From Candidatus Berkelbacteria bacterium (lineage in GTDB: Bacteria; Patescibacteriota; UBA1384; DTJR01), in the NCBI GenBank assembly GCA_026397175.1, contig JAPLVK010000021.1, positions 56,989 to 120,988 of the forward strand: a DNA stretch of 64,000 nucleotides. Direction: 5' to 3'. Below, one piece after another: positions 47,174-57,753 of this stretch (its first letter is position 1; each line of letters begins with the position of its first letter). Both the position numbers and the translations under genes were made by a program. The notes beneath the pieces are model-generated. The model did no database searches, was not told the origin of the DNA, and was given only the letters and a program-made list of their open reading frames with translations.

Positions 47174-47887
47174 GTGATTCAACCTCAATATAAAAGGATT
47201 CTACTGAAGCTTTCCGGCGAGGCCTTTATGGGAAAGCGTGAGACAGGAATTGATTTTGAAGCTGTTACGCAGTTAGCCAAAGAAATTTTAGAAGTCAAAA
47301 AACTCGGTGTTGATGTTGCGATTGTAAATGGCGCCGGAAATTTATTCAGAGGAAAATCGGGGGCTAAACATGGTATGGATCAGGCCTCGGCGGATTATAT
47401 CGGCATGGTTGCAACGGTTATGAACTCTCTGGCTTTGCAAAATGCGATCGAAAATGTTGGCGGGGAAACAAGAGTGATGTCGGCGCTTGAGATTTCAAAA
47501 GTCGCCGAACTCTATATTAGACGCCGCGCAATTAGACATATGGAAAAAGACAGAATTGTTATTTGTGCCTGCGGTACCGGCAATCCATTTTTTACAACCG
47601 ATACGGCTGGGGTATTGCGTGCCTTAGAGTTAAACTGCGAAATCATGCTCAAGGCCTCAAATGTTGATGGCGTTTACGATAGCGATCCTGACGAGAACAA
47701 GTTGGCCAAAAAATTTGAAAAAATTTCGTATCAGGACTTTGTGGAAAAAAATCTCCAAGCACTTGATCAAACTGCGGTTGCTCTGGCTCGCGAGAAGAAC
47801 TTGCCGATAGAAATTTTCAATTTTTTCGAAAACGGCAACCTCAAGAAAGTCGTTTGTGGGGAAAGAATAGGGACCCTGATACGATAG
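47174..47887 (+). CDS. pyrH: UMP kinase
   Basis: LLKLSGEA, GTGNPFFTTDT, VDGVYDSDP. Confidence 0.96.
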   Translation: MIQPQYKRILLKLSGEAFMGKRETGIDFEAVTQLAKEILEVKKLGVDVAIVNGAGNLFRGKSGAKHGMDQASADYIGMVATVMNSLALQNAIENVGGETRVMSALEISKVAELYIRRRAIRHMEKDRIVICACGTGNPFFTTDTAGVLRALELNCEIMLKASNVDGVYDSDPDENKLAKKFEKISYQDFVEKNLQALDQTAVALAREKNLPIEIFNFFENGNLKKVVCGERIGTLIR

Positions 47888-47984
47888 TTCATAAAGTTTT
47901 AAAGTTCATAAAGTTTGTAAAGTGAATACAAATGTCTGAAATTCCCTACTTTATAAACTTTCTACTTTATGAACTTTACGAACT
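47886..47984. repeat. Two inverted arrays of the ACTTTATGA-type 9-mer forming a long stem-loop
   Basis: Arms 47886-47923 and 47948-47984. Confidence 0.8.
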
Positions 47985-48054
47985 CGATAACAGTTGCGTA
48001 AATGTCCTCTTCTAGATAAAATGAATTTGTAGGATAATTTATTTGGAGTTTGAT

Positions 48055-48612
48055 ATGTATCAAAATGAAATCAAGAATCTTAAGGTAAAGTTTGATCAAG
48101 TTATCGAGAAGTTAAAAGAGGACTTTGTGTCAATTAGAACGGGTAGGGCTTCAACTGGGCTGGTTGAAAACATTATGGTTTCATACTACGGGACGATAAC
48201 ACCCCTTAAACAAATGGCTTCGCTCACAACTCCGGATGCCGCTCAAATTGTTGTTATACCTTGGGACAAAAACTCAATTGGTGACATAGAACTGGCGATT
48301 AGGAACTCTGATCTTGGATTATCTCCGGTTAATGATGGCAAATCAGTCAGAATAATTTTGCCCCAAATGACTCAAGAAAGACGCGAAGAGTTAACCAAAA
48401 ATATTTCAAGAAAAAGCGAAGAAGCCAGGGTGGCGCTAAGAAATGTGCGAGGGGATGCATGGGACAAAATCAAAAAGATGGAAAAAGATGGGCTAATAAC
48501 CGAGGATGATAGATATTCGGCCGAGGAAGAATTAAATAAAGTTATTGACGAGCATAACAAAAAAATTGGCGAAATTTTAGAGGCCAAAGAGAAAGAGATT
48601 AAGGCAATATAA
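48055..48612 (+). CDS. frr: Ribosome recycling factor
   Basis: IRTGRA, PWDK, ERREEL, RVALRNVR. Confidence 0.96.
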   Translation: MYQNEIKNLKVKFDQVIEKLKEDFVSIRTGRASTGLVENIMVSYYGTITPLKQMASLTTPDAAQIVVIPWDKNSIGDIELAIRNSDLGLSPVNDGKSVRIILPQMTQERREELTKNISRKSEEARVALRNVRGDAWDKIKKMEKDGLITEDDRYSAEEELNKVIDEHNKKIGEILEAKEKEIKAI

Positions 48613-49664
48613 TGTTTTGGCTCACACTGCTGGCATTTTTGGTAATCTTAGGACTTTTGGTTTTTGTTCATGAACTTGGACATTTTTTGATGGCAAAAGC
48701 AAACGGTGTTAAAGTCGAAGAATTTGCTTTTGGCTTTCCGCCAAAATTAATTTGTAAAAAAAGAGGGGAAACCAAATATTGTATAAACCTGATTCCTTTT
48801 GGCGGTTATGTAAAAATGCTTGGAGAAGAGCGGGACGAACATTCAAGCCGTTCTTTTTCAAGAAAAAAGCCCAGGCAAAAATTTTTAATTATTGTGGCCG
48901 GGGTTTTGATGAATTTTATACTAGCTGGATTTTTGCTTGGAATCGGCTATATGGTCGGGATGTCGCCGATTCGTCTTAATCCGGAGCAATTAGGTGGACA
49001 GCAAAATCATCAAGTTATTGTCGCGCAGATTCAAAGCGACTCGCCCGCGCAGGTGGCCGATTTAAAATCGGGCGATATAATTTTGGGCTTTGAAACAGTT
49101 GATGCCTTTAGGGCGTTTACTGTTTCCAAATCAAATCAGGACATTACACTTTTGATAAAAAGAGATGGCGAAAATTTAGAAAAGCAAATCCATGTTTCCC
49201 AAAATAGCGTGGCTCCGATTGGCGTTGGAATTGTTGATGTGCCGAGTGTGAAGCTACCGTTTTTTAAGGCAATATATTTTGGATTTAAAGAAATGCTATT
49301 TACCACCGGCTATGTCTTTGTCATTTTACTTTCCTTTTTAAAGGGAATATTTTTTAAGGGCCAAATTGCAAACGAAGTGGCTGGCCCAATCGGGATTTTC
49401 AATATTACCGGTGAAGCCGTGAAAATGGGAATCGCATATCTTATTCAACTTGCTGCGATTTTGTCTATTAACTTGGGACTGGTCAACATCCTACCGTTTC
49501 CGGCACTAGACGGTGGAAGGGCAGTTATCATTGCCGCGGAGGGAGCCACGGGCAAGAAAGTCATCAAAACAGAAATCGAAAATTTCCTCCACATGATCGG
49601 GTTCATAATTTTGATTTTGTTTATTTTGTTCATAACATTTAGAGAAGTCATCGCGCTGCTCTAA
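48612..49664 (+). CDS. rseP: RseP-like M50 intramembrane metalloprotease
   Basis: HELGH, GGYVKM, NILPFPALDGG. Confidence 0.93.
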   Translation: MFWLTLLAFLVILGLLVFVHELGHFLMAKANGVKVEEFAFGFPPKLICKKRGETKYCINLIPFGGYVKMLGEERDEHSSRSFSRKKPRQKFLIIVAGVLMNFILAGFLLGIGYMVGMSPIRLNPEQLGGQQNHQVIVAQIQSDSPAQVADLKSGDIILGFETVDAFRAFTVSKSNQDITLLIKRDGENLEKQIHVSQNSVAPIGVGIVDVPSVKLPFFKAIYFGFKEMLFTTGYVFVILLSFLKGIFFKGQIANEVAGPIGIFNITGEAVKMGIAYLIQLAAILSINLGLVNILPFPALDGGRAVIIAAEGATGKKVIKTEIENFLHMIGFIILILFILFITFREVIALL

Positions 49665-49680
49665 AATAACGAAAGAGGGG

Positions 49681-50499
49681 ATGGAATATCCAATTGTCGT
49701 TGCTAACTGGAAAATGAATTTAACGCTTTCGGAGGCGCTTATTTTGAGCGGGCAAATTTTTCGTAATGTGGAAAATATTAAGCATGTTGATATTGTGCTT
49801 TGTCCGCCAGCTGTTTTTTTGTATCCGGTTATTGATGGCTTAAGAACAAAAACCAAAAACCTTTATTTTGGTTTGCAAAACGCAATGAGCGAAAAAGAAG
49901 GCGAATTTACCGGCGAAACATCATTAAATATGGTTAAAAATGTTTGCGATTTCGCGATTGTGGGCCACTCCGAAAGACGAAGGTTGTTTTTGGAAACGGA
50001 CGAGATGGTTAATAAAAAAGTTAAATTTTGTTTGCAAAATTCAGTCAAGCCGATAGTTTGTATCGGCGAGCAAGAACGGTTTCATTTGGAAGATCATTTT
50101 GACAAAGAAATCGAGAGAATGAAAAAACAAGGTGGAATTTTGACGCAAATTGATACGGCGCTTGAAGGTGTTAGCGAAAAAGACCTATCGAAGATTTGTA
50201 TTACTTATGAACCGATTTGGGCGGTGGGGACCGATAATGCCGCAAGCGGTGTTTATGCGGCGGCAATTTCTTACATCATCAAAAATCATCTAAAAGAAAA
50301 ATTTTCAGATCACGCTTCGGATATAAGGGTCCTCTATGGCGGGTCTGTTAATAGCCAAAATGTAAGGGAGTTTATGATGCAGCCGAACATTGACGGCCTG
50401 TTGGTCGGCAGAGCAAGTTTGAATTTTAAGGAATTTTGTGAGATATGTCAAATAGCATCGCAAGTCAAAAGCGGCAATACGAGCTTCAAAGATAATTAG
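49681..50499 (+). CDS. tpiA: Triosephosphate isomerase
   Basis: ANWKMN, GHSERR, YEPIWAVGT, LYGGSV. Confidence 0.96.
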   Translation: MEYPIVVANWKMNLTLSEALILSGQIFRNVENIKHVDIVLCPPAVFLYPVIDGLRTKTKNLYFGLQNAMSEKEGEFTGETSLNMVKNVCDFAIVGHSERRRLFLETDEMVNKKVKFCLQNSVKPIVCIGEQERFHLEDHFDKEIERMKKQGGILTQIDTALEGVSEKDLSKICITYEPIWAVGTDNAASGVYAAAISYIIKNHLKEKFSDHASDIRVLYGGSVNSQNVREFMMQPNIDGLLVGRASLNFKEFCEICQIASQVKSGNTSFKDN

Positions 50500-50504
50500 C
50501 CAAA

Positions 50505-51626
50505 ATGGAAAATCAATTCAAAAGGATTATGCGGCTTCCATCGCATCGTCAGCTAAAAAGAGCCGATTTTCGGGGTAAAAAAGTTCTGGTCCGTTTTGAT
50601 TTGAATGTTCCGATCGAGGGTGGAAAAATTTTAGATGACAGCAGGATTTTAGCGGCCCTGCCGACTTTGAAAAAAATAATAGAGCGAGGCGCAAAGCAGG
50701 TAAATATTATTTGTCATTTGGGTCGCCCCATTGGTCTTGATAAAAACTTTTCTACGATTTATATTGCTGATGAATTGTCTAAATTGTTTCGATCAAAAAA
50801 CAAAGCAAAAAAGATTGAAACGGACGAAAAAAGTCCGGCGCTGAAACATTATTATCAAATTACCGATAAAATCAATCTTTTTGAAAATTTAAGATTTGAT
50901 TCTCGCGAAGAAAAAAATTCTACAGAGTTTGCTAAAGAACTAGCAGGGCTCGGTGATGTTTTTGTTCAGGACGCGTTTGCCAATATTCACAGAGCCCACA
51001 CTTCGATGGTTAAGTTGCAAGAGTGTCTGCCGACATTTGCCGGATTACTTTTGGAAAAAGAAATTAATGTTTTGTTTCGGCTTTTGTCAATTGCCGAAAA
51101 GCCATTTGTTGTGATAATTGGTGGAGTGAAAATCGAGGATAAAATTCCGATCATAGAATCACTTTCTCAAAAAGCCGATGCGGTTCTGGTGGGTGGCGTA
51201 ACCGGCAACGAATGGGTCGCGCAAAATCTGCCGACAAAAGAAAATATATTTTTGCCAAATGATGGGGTTAACAAGTTTGGCGCGATTGTTCCGGTAACCA
51301 AAGAGACCGTAAAAAATGGTGTTTTTGATATCGGACCACAAACGATTTTGCTTTTTAAAGGAATTCTATCTTCCGCTAAAACCGTTTTTTGGAATGGTAA
51401 TTTGGGGATGACCGAAAACAAAAGATTTATTCATGGCACCAACGAAATCGCGAGATTTGTGGCAAAGATAAAGGCGGAAAAGGTGGCATCTGGCGGCAAT
51501 ACGGCAGATGTAATTGATGATTTGGGTTTGAGGGAAGCATTTAATTTTATTTCAACCGGCGGCGGCGCAACCTCCGATTTAATCTGCGGTAAAAAATTAC
51601 CGGCATTGGAAATGCTATTAAAATAA
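50505..51626 (+). CDS. pgk: Phosphoglycerate kinase
   Basis: VRFDLNVP, HLGRP, ENLRF, ISTGGGA. Confidence 0.95.
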   Translation: MENQFKRIMRLPSHRQLKRADFRGKKVLVRFDLNVPIEGGKILDDSRILAALPTLKKIIERGAKQVNIICHLGRPIGLDKNFSTIYIADELSKLFRSKNKAKKIETDEKSPALKHYYQITDKINLFENLRFDSREEKNSTEFAKELAGLGDVFVQDAFANIHRAHTSMVKLQECLPTFAGLLLEKEINVLFRLLSIAEKPFVVIIGGVKIEDKIPIIESLSQKADAVLVGGVTGNEWVAQNLPTKENIFLPNDGVNKFGAIVPVTKETVKNGVFDIGPQTILLFKGILSSAKTVFWNGNLGMTENKRFIHGTNEIARFVAKIKAEKVASGGNTADVIDDLGLREAFNFISTGGGATSDLICGKKLPALEMLLK

Positions 51627-51669
51627 ATCTGATTGTAAAATTAAAAATTTTAAATTAAAAATTTAGTAT

Positions 51670-52506
51670 ATGGCTCTAAAGCAAATATTAAACGAGGCAT
51701 ATAGTGATAAACACGCTATTGGTGGTTTTAATTTTTTTAACTATGAATCGGCTAAAGCGATAGTGCAGGCAGCCAAAACAACAAAAAAACCGACAATTCT
51801 GATGGTTTCGGAAAAATCCGTGGATTATTATGGACTTGATAATTTAATTTTTTCCTTTAATAAAGTCAAAAAGGATTCGGAAGCACAAATATTTTTGCAT
51901 TTAGATCACGGCTCAAATTTAGAACTTATTAAAGAGTGCATAAATAGTGGATTCGACTCGGTGATGTTTGACGGGTCAAATTTGGCTCTTGATCAAAACA
52001 TTGCGCTGTCAAAAGATCTTCGAAAATTGGCGCATAAAAAAAGTGTGGTTTTTGAAGCGGAAATCGGCCATATCGGAGGCCGCGAGGACTACCAAATAAC
52101 CTCCGCTGTATTTAAAACAAATCCAGCCGAAGCATTGATGTTTTACGATCAAGTTCAACCGGACATGCTGGCGGTCGCGATCGGCAACATCCACGGACCG
52201 TTAACGGCAATCGAAGAGCTGGACTTTAGTTTGCTGGCAAAAATTCAAGACACGGTTAAGAGACCGCTGGTTTTGCACGGCTGCTCAAATCGCAAACCGC
52301 AAGAGTATCAAGTGGCGATTTCGGAAGGCGTGGTCAAAATTAATATTGATACCGAACTTCGCGAAGCGTTTGTTGATGGAATAAAAGATGCGCTTCACAA
52401 AAAGGAAAACGATCCTCGCGAAATTTTAAATTTATCAAGTTTATTTATTTCAAAACGCACTCAAGAAAAAATCGAACTCTTTGCGAAAGGGTGTTGTTCT
52501 CGATAA
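51670..52506 (+). CDS. fba: Class II fructose-bisphosphate aldolase
   Basis: HLDHG, SVMFDGS, GNIHG, LVLHG, KINIDT. Confidence 0.93.
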   Translation: MALKQILNEAYSDKHAIGGFNFFNYESAKAIVQAAKTTKKPTILMVSEKSVDYYGLDNLIFSFNKVKKDSEAQIFLHLDHGSNLELIKECINSGFDSVMFDGSNLALDQNIALSKDLRKLAHKKSVVFEAEIGHIGGREDYQITSAVFKTNPAEALMFYDQVQPDMLAVAIGNIHGPLTAIEELDFSLLAKIQDTVKRPLVLHGCSNRKPQEYQVAISEGVVKINIDTELREAFVDGIKDALHKKENDPREILNLSSLFISKRTQEKIELFAKGCCSR

Positions 52507-52599
52507 AGATTAGGGAATCATTATTTTATGTAATAGAGCATTTTGATTTTTAAGCTAAGATCTGATATATTCCAAAAGTAAAACCTTACAAAGGAGTTT

Positions 52600-53799
52600 A
52601 TGAAAACCGAAAAAAAGCAAATTTCTAAAAATAGAATTAAGCTGACCATAACGATTGACCCAGAACAGATGGAAAGGCATTTTGAAGAGGAGTATAATCG
52701 GCTCGCCCCATCGGTTAGTTTGCCCGGATTTAGGCCCGGTAAAGCACCAAAAGTTATGACGATTGAAGCAATCGGCCAGACGCGACTTTCACAATCGGCG
52801 TTAGAGCGCGGAGTGGACGAGGGCTACAAAGCAGCTTTAATGGAGTACAAAACATTTCCGGTTACACAGCCATCCGTTTCAATCTCTAAACATCCGTCTT
52901 TTTCGGGATCAGGCGATCAAAACCAACTGGTTTTTGAAGTTGAATTTGATATTTTACCCGAGGCCAAAATCGGCAATTACAAAAAATTGAAAGTTGATAA
53001 AATTGACCCTAAAAACCTGGAAGTCAACGACGAAGAAGTTAGCAAGATTCTCGACTATTTGCGCCGTCAATCAGCCGAATTTACACCGATTGACAGAGAA
53101 AGCAAAATTGGTGATTGGGCCGAGATTTCGTTTGAGGGCAGCATTAAGCATGTTGTTAAGGAAAAATTAACCAGCAAGAACTTTCCGATGGTTATTGGCG
53201 AGACAAAAATAATTCCCGGATTTGAAGAAAAACTTTTGGGGATGAAAAAAGGCGAAAACAATGAGTTTGAAATCAAGATTCCGAAGGACTTTACCGACAA
53301 GGAATTTGCTTCTCAAACCGTGTCGTTCAAACTGACCTTGGATGATCTAAAGGAAATGAAACTACCGGAATTAAATAACGAATTTGTGGCAAAATTCGGG
53401 CTTAAAAATATTAACGAGCTAAAAGCAAATGTCAGAAAAAGTTTGGTTGAAGAAAAAAAACAACAACAGAAACAAGTGCAAGTGGCGCAAATTTCGGAGC
53501 AACTACTCAAGATCATATCAGTTGATATTCCGCAGTCGTTGATAGAAAACGAAAAAGCCAGAATGAAATCGGCAATGCAAAACGACTTATCGCAGCGCGG
53601 GACAACGATCGAAAAATATCTTGATAATATTAAATTGACCGAAGATAAATTAGAAGAGGATCTTAAACAGCAATCAAAGAGAAATATTTTGCTCGGTGTC
53701 GCCATCGGCGAAATTGCTAGAAAAGAAAATATAGAAATGTCGGGGCCAAAATCAAGTGAAAAGGTCTTCGACTTTTTGATCGAAACAAACTCTCGCTAA
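52600..53799 (+). CDS. tig: Trigger factor
   Basis: PGFRPGKAP, FKBP-like IPGFEE. Confidence 0.93.
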   Translation: MKTEKKQISKNRIKLTITIDPEQMERHFEEEYNRLAPSVSLPGFRPGKAPKVMTIEAIGQTRLSQSALERGVDEGYKAALMEYKTFPVTQPSVSISKHPSFSGSGDQNQLVFEVEFDILPEAKIGNYKKLKVDKIDPKNLEVNDEEVSKILDYLRRQSAEFTPIDRESKIGDWAEISFEGSIKHVVKEKLTSKNFPMVIGETKIIPGFEEKLLGMKKGENNEFEIKIPKDFTDKEFASQTVSFKLTLDDLKEMKLPELNNEFVAKFGLKNINELKANVRKSLVEEKKQQQKQVQVAQISEQLLKIISVDIPQSLIENEKARMKSAMQNDLSQRGTTIEKYLDNIKLTEDKLEEDLKQQSKRNILLGVAIGEIARKENIEMSGPKSSEKVFDFLIETNSR

Positions 53800-54665
53800 A
53801 TCTGCAATTTTAGATCTACTAATCCGTTTTCACTAACTTTAAAAGTTCTCTCTTTTTTTGATTTAGAGACCATTTTGTAAAATCCTGGACTTGCCAGCAT
53901 GTAAATCTTTCCTTGTCGGTTAGTTTTTGTTTGAGCCAAAGGATCACCTTTTGAATTATAAAACTGAATGACTTCCCGGGACATTTTTTTATTATTTGTA
54001 GATGTCAGAGTCAATCCACTTTTTTTGCAAGAAATAAAAATCACTAAAGTTGCAATCAAACACAATGAAGCTTCAATTGTCACAGATGTTCCCCAAAAAA
54101 TGCTTGCGCAATACGAAAGTAAAATTCCTGCAAGAGCCAAGATCAACCAAATAAAATTATTCGCAATCATAAATTTTAAGACGCCAAAATTGACTCTTAT
54201 GTCTTCGATTTCTTTGGTCTCAAGGGTTAGGTCGGTTTCACTGGAACTGTTTTTAATCTCGATTTCTTTAGATAGTGCGGATTGAAATCCAAAACGATCG
54301 GCCGATAAAAAGTACTTTCCCGGTTCAACGAAAAAATCAAATTCGCCATTACGGCTTGTAAATGTATGAGAGACAATTTTTTCCGAACTGTCCGAAAGTG
54401 TTACCTTTAAATAAGCCACTGGTTTTTTGGATTGATCTTCAATAAAACCGCGAATTTTGTGATGTCCGTGCTTTTTGGTTTTTTTGAAAGTTGAAAACTT
54501 CAACCAGTTTATATAATCACTAAATTTTGATGAGATAAGAAGCAGACACGCAATTAAAACCAAAACAAAATAAATTATCAAAACGATTTTAACCGTTTCG
54601 CCTTGTTCAATTGTCCTCTGTGCCGTCTGCGTAATTGATTCAAACAAAATTCCTCCTAATATCAT
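53796..54665 (-). CDS. Membrane protein with carboxypeptidase-regulatory-like domains
   Basis: TM segments; T..NGEF.F.VEPGKY. Confidence 0.7.
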   Translation of the reverse strand: MILGGILFESITQTAQRTIEQGETVKIVLIIYFVLVLIACLLLISSKFSDYINWLKFSTFKKTKKHGHHKIRGFIEDQSKKPVAYLKVTLSDSSEKIVSHTFTSRNGEFDFFVEPGKYFLSADRFGFQSALSKEIEIKNSSSETDLTLETKEIEDIRVNFGVLKFMIANNFIWLILALAGILLSYCASIFWGTSVTIEASLCLIATLVIFISCKKSGLTLTSTNNKKMSREVIQFYNSKGDPLAQTKTNRQGKIYMLASPGFYKMVSKSKKERTFKVSENGLVDLKLQI

Positions 54666-54719
54666 TATAGCTTGATAGACAGTTTTTTAAAATAAAAAAA
54701 TCATAATGTGCATTATCCC

Positions 54720-54900
54720 GTTTCTGGAAATAAAATATGTCTTTTCGCTTCTAGCGGAAGCTCGCAAACTTGTCGAGAGGGTTTGCCAGAAAGAAAAGAC
54801 ATATTTTATGCTCCAGAAACAGCGTGCGGGGTAGGGAATTATTAAAACCGTAGGGGCTGCCTCGCAATTAAGCCCCTTTGGTTTTAATAATAGTCCCGCA
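54720..54900 (+). ncRNA. Candidate structured RNA/element with two long hairpins
   Basis: TAAAATATGTCTTTTC/GAAAAGACATATTTTA and TTATTAAAACC..AGGGGCT/AGCCCCT..GGTTTTAATAA. Confidence 0.4.
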
Positions 54901-54983
54901 AGCTGCAAGCTTGCAACTTGTGTAAAGCACACTTGACTTTTTGGCTGTAAATTGATTAAATAAAGCAAATTACTGGAGATAAA

Positions 54984-55559
54984 ATGTCATATTTGATCCC
55001 TACGGTTATCGAGAAGAGTCAGTTTGGTGAGCGTGCCTACGATATTTATTCTCGGCTTTTAAAAGAGCGCATCATTTTTTTGGGTGGGCCGATTGATGAT
55101 GATGTTTCAAATATAATTATTGCTCAACTTTTATTTTTGCAATCAGAATCGAACAAAGAAGATATTAAACTGTACATCAATTCTCCCGGTGGTTCCGTTA
55201 CGGCAACTCTGGCAATTTACGATACGATGAAACATATCGCCTGCGATGTCTCGACCGTTTGTGTGGGGCAGGCGGCATCCGGCGCGGCGCTTTTGCTAAC
55301 TGGTGGTAAAAAAGGCAAAAGATTTGCGTTGCCGAATTCGCGTGTGATGATTCATCAACCGCTAGGCGGAGTCGAAGGGCAAGCGACCGATATCCAGATC
55401 CACGCCGAAGAAATTATTAAAATCAAGAGTCGGCTTAACGAAATTTTGGCCAAAGAAACCGGTAAAACCAAGAAGCAAGCCGAGGCCGATACCGAGCGCG
55501 ATCGATTTATGACCGCCGACGAAGCGAAAAAATATGGGATAATTGATAAAGTTATCTAG
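54984..55559 (+). CDS. clpP: Clp protease proteolytic subunit
   Basis: [30 protein letters not shown]. Confidence 0.97.
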   Translation: MSYLIPTVIEKSQFGERAYDIYSRLLKERIIFLGGPIDDDVSNIIIAQLLFLQSESNKEDIKLYINSPGGSVTATLAIYDTMKHIACDVSTVCVGQAASGAALLLTGGKKGKRFALPNSRVMIHQPLGGVEGQATDIQIHAEEIIKIKSRLNEILAKETGKTKKQAEADTERDRFMTADEAKKYGIIDKVI

Positions 55560-55578
55560 TTCGTAAAGTGACATTTTG

Positions 55579-55645
55579 GTGTCATCCTCGAGCCGGAAGA
55601 ATTCCGACATCAGGGATCTAGATTCCCGCTTTTGCGGGAATGATA
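55579..55645. repeat. REP-like palindrome
   Basis: GTCATCCTCG..GGGATCTAGATTCCCGC-TTTT-GCGGGAATGA. Confidence 0.6.
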
Positions 55646-55675
55646 AGGAATTAATAAAGTTAATAAAGGAATAAA

Positions 55676-56644
55676 ATGAAAGTACAAGAAATATTTGACC
55701 TAGCTATTAAAGTCGGTATTGAAAATGATCCTCGCGGTACAAAAGAGGTTGCAAATTATTTAAAGTCAGTTAGAAAAGACTACAGCGAGTTACCGGAAAA
55801 AAAGAAAAAAGAATTCGACAAAGAAAAACTGACAAACCCTTACTCGGATTCCAAATTTCAAGCCGGTGATAAAAATAAAGCGGTTAAAAGGGTCATGGTT
55901 GGTATTGATATCGGCACGGGTGGAGTTTTACTCGCCAAAGAATTAGAGCGCCAAGGCAAAAAAATCGATCTCATCATTGCCCACCACCCGGTTGGCAAAG
56001 CACTGGCCGATTTGCACGAGGTCATGGATTTGCAAACTTCTGTTTATGCTAAAGGCGGTGTGCCGGAAAATATTGCCGAAGGCATTTTGCGAGAGGGAAT
56101 CGAAAGTGTTGCCAGAAGAATTGCTCCAGTTAACCATTATGAATCACCGATGACCGCCGAACTCCTTGGCATTTCGATGATTAATATTCATACTCCGGCC
56201 GACAATGCAGTTTGGAAGTTTGTGAGTGACTATATTGAAAAGAAAAACCTTAAAAGAGTTGGTGAACTAGTCGATATTCTTAAGGAAATTCCGGAATACA
56301 AGAAAGCAACCGAACTTGGCGCTGGTCCGGTAATCTTTTCGGGTAGCGAAAAGTCACGGCTTGGCAAGGTTTTGGTAAGTGGCATGACTGGCGGGACCGA
56401 TGGCAAGGCCCACGAAAAACTTTACGAGAGAATGGCACATTATGGAATCGGGACTGAAGTAGCGATGCATGTTGGCGACGAGGATCGCGACGAGGCCATC
56501 AAGCATTATATAAATATCGTTATTGCCGGACACATTGCCTCGGATTCGCTCGGTCTTAATATCATTATGGACGAACTCGAGAAAAAGGGAATCGAAATTA
56601 TTCCATGCTCTGGCTACATCAGATATTCCAGAGTCAAAAAATAA
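55676..56644 (+). CDS. NIF3-like metal-binding protein
   Basis: IAHHP, HTPADN, AGHIASDSLG. Confidence 0.85.
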   Translation: MKVQEIFDLAIKVGIENDPRGTKEVANYLKSVRKDYSELPEKKKKEFDKEKLTNPYSDSKFQAGDKNKAVKRVMVGIDIGTGGVLLAKELERQGKKIDLIIAHHPVGKALADLHEVMDLQTSVYAKGGVPENIAEGILREGIESVARRIAPVNHYESPMTAELLGISMINIHTPADNAVWKFVSDYIEKKNLKRVGELVDILKEIPEYKKATELGAGPVIFSGSEKSRLGKVLVSGMTGGTDGKAHEKLYERMAHYGIGTEVAMHVGDEDRDEAIKHYINIVIAGHIASDSLGLNIIMDELEKKGIEIIPCSGYIRYSRVKK

Positions 56645-56659
56645 AATTTGGAGGGCACA

Positions 56660-57148
56660 ATGGATTTTTTAGAACTAGTCAAAAAAAGGCGATCAGTCAG
56701 GGCTTATCAAAACAAGTCAATTCCCGATCGTGAATTAAGTAAAATCTTGGAGGCAGCGCGTCTCGCGCCGTCTGGCTTTAACGCGCAGGCCTATAAAATT
56801 ATCGTAATAAAAGACGAAAAATCGAGAGAAAAATTGGGCGAGCTCGCCAAGCAACCCTACATCTCCAAAGCCCCGATCATTTTGGCAGCCGTCAACACAA
56901 AATTAGACGATAAATATTCTCCGCTTGATATTGCAATTGCGCTCGATCATATAATGCTTGCCGCGGCAGAACTTGGTATTGGCACGGTTTTTGTTGGCGC
57001 TTATCATAACGAAGAAATCCGCGATTTTGTGGGCGCGCCGAATACGGCCGAAATGGTTGCCTTGATGCCGCTTGGTTATCCTGCCGACAAAGAAATTGCT
57101 AAAAAAAGAAAAGAAATATCTGAACTTATAAGTCAAGAAAAATTCTAA
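56660..57148 (+). CDS. Nitroreductase family protein
   Basis: RRSVRAY, APSGFNAQ, LGYPA. Confidence 0.92.
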   Translation: MDFLELVKKRRSVRAYQNKSIPDRELSKILEAARLAPSGFNAQAYKIIVIKDEKSREKLGELAKQPYISKAPIILAAVNTKLDDKYSPLDIAIALDHIMLAAAELGIGTVFVGAYHNEEIRDFVGAPNTAEMVALMPLGYPADKEIAKKRKEISELISQEKF

Positions 57149-57220
57149 TCACTCTTTTTTAATCGAGTAAATCCCCTGATTTTCGAATAAATGTTATAAT
57201 TAAAAAAAGAGGTTTTGTTT

Positions 57221-57670
57221 ATGAACATCGAAGAATACATGAAGGATGCGCCTTTGCAAATTGATTCGTTTGTTTCGCGCGCAAACGCCACTTTTACATT
57301 TGTGGTTTGCGCGCTTTATCTTTTTACACCCTTGAAATGGCCAATATTTCCATTGTTTCTTGATTTTTATGTGCGCGGATTTATGACGCCGGAGTACTCG
57401 CTTTTGTCGCTTTTTAATGCAAAATTGTTAAAATTTCTGCATATCGGAGGTCACAGGGTCTTTGCACCACCCAAGATTTTTGCGGCAAAAGTCGGTTTCG
57501 TTTTTTCATTTTTGGCCTTTATTTTTTATATTTCGGGCTATGATATTTTGGCAATTATCTTTATCGGTCTTTTGGCAATTTTCTCGTTTTTGGATGCATT
57601 TGTTGATTATTGCGCAGCGTGTCATTTGCACTCTTATTTTGTACAAAAGAAAATTTTTAAATCGTTTTAG
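57221..57670 (+). CDS. DUF4395-like membrane protein
   Basis: RANA..PKIFAAKVG..YCAAC. Confidence 0.75.
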   Translation: MNIEEYMKDAPLQIDSFVSRANATFTFVVCALYLFTPLKWPIFPLFLDFYVRGFMTPEYSLLSLFNAKLLKFLHIGGHRVFAPPKIFAAKVGFVFSFLAFIFYISGYDILAIIFIGLLAIFSFLDAFVDYCAACHLHSYFVQKKIFKSF

Positions 57671-57753
57671 AAATGGGCAAACTGTTGATTTTTTCTGATT
57701 TTTGTTATAGGATAATTTTGCGCTTAAGCGCTTTTTAGTTTGGGAGGATAATC

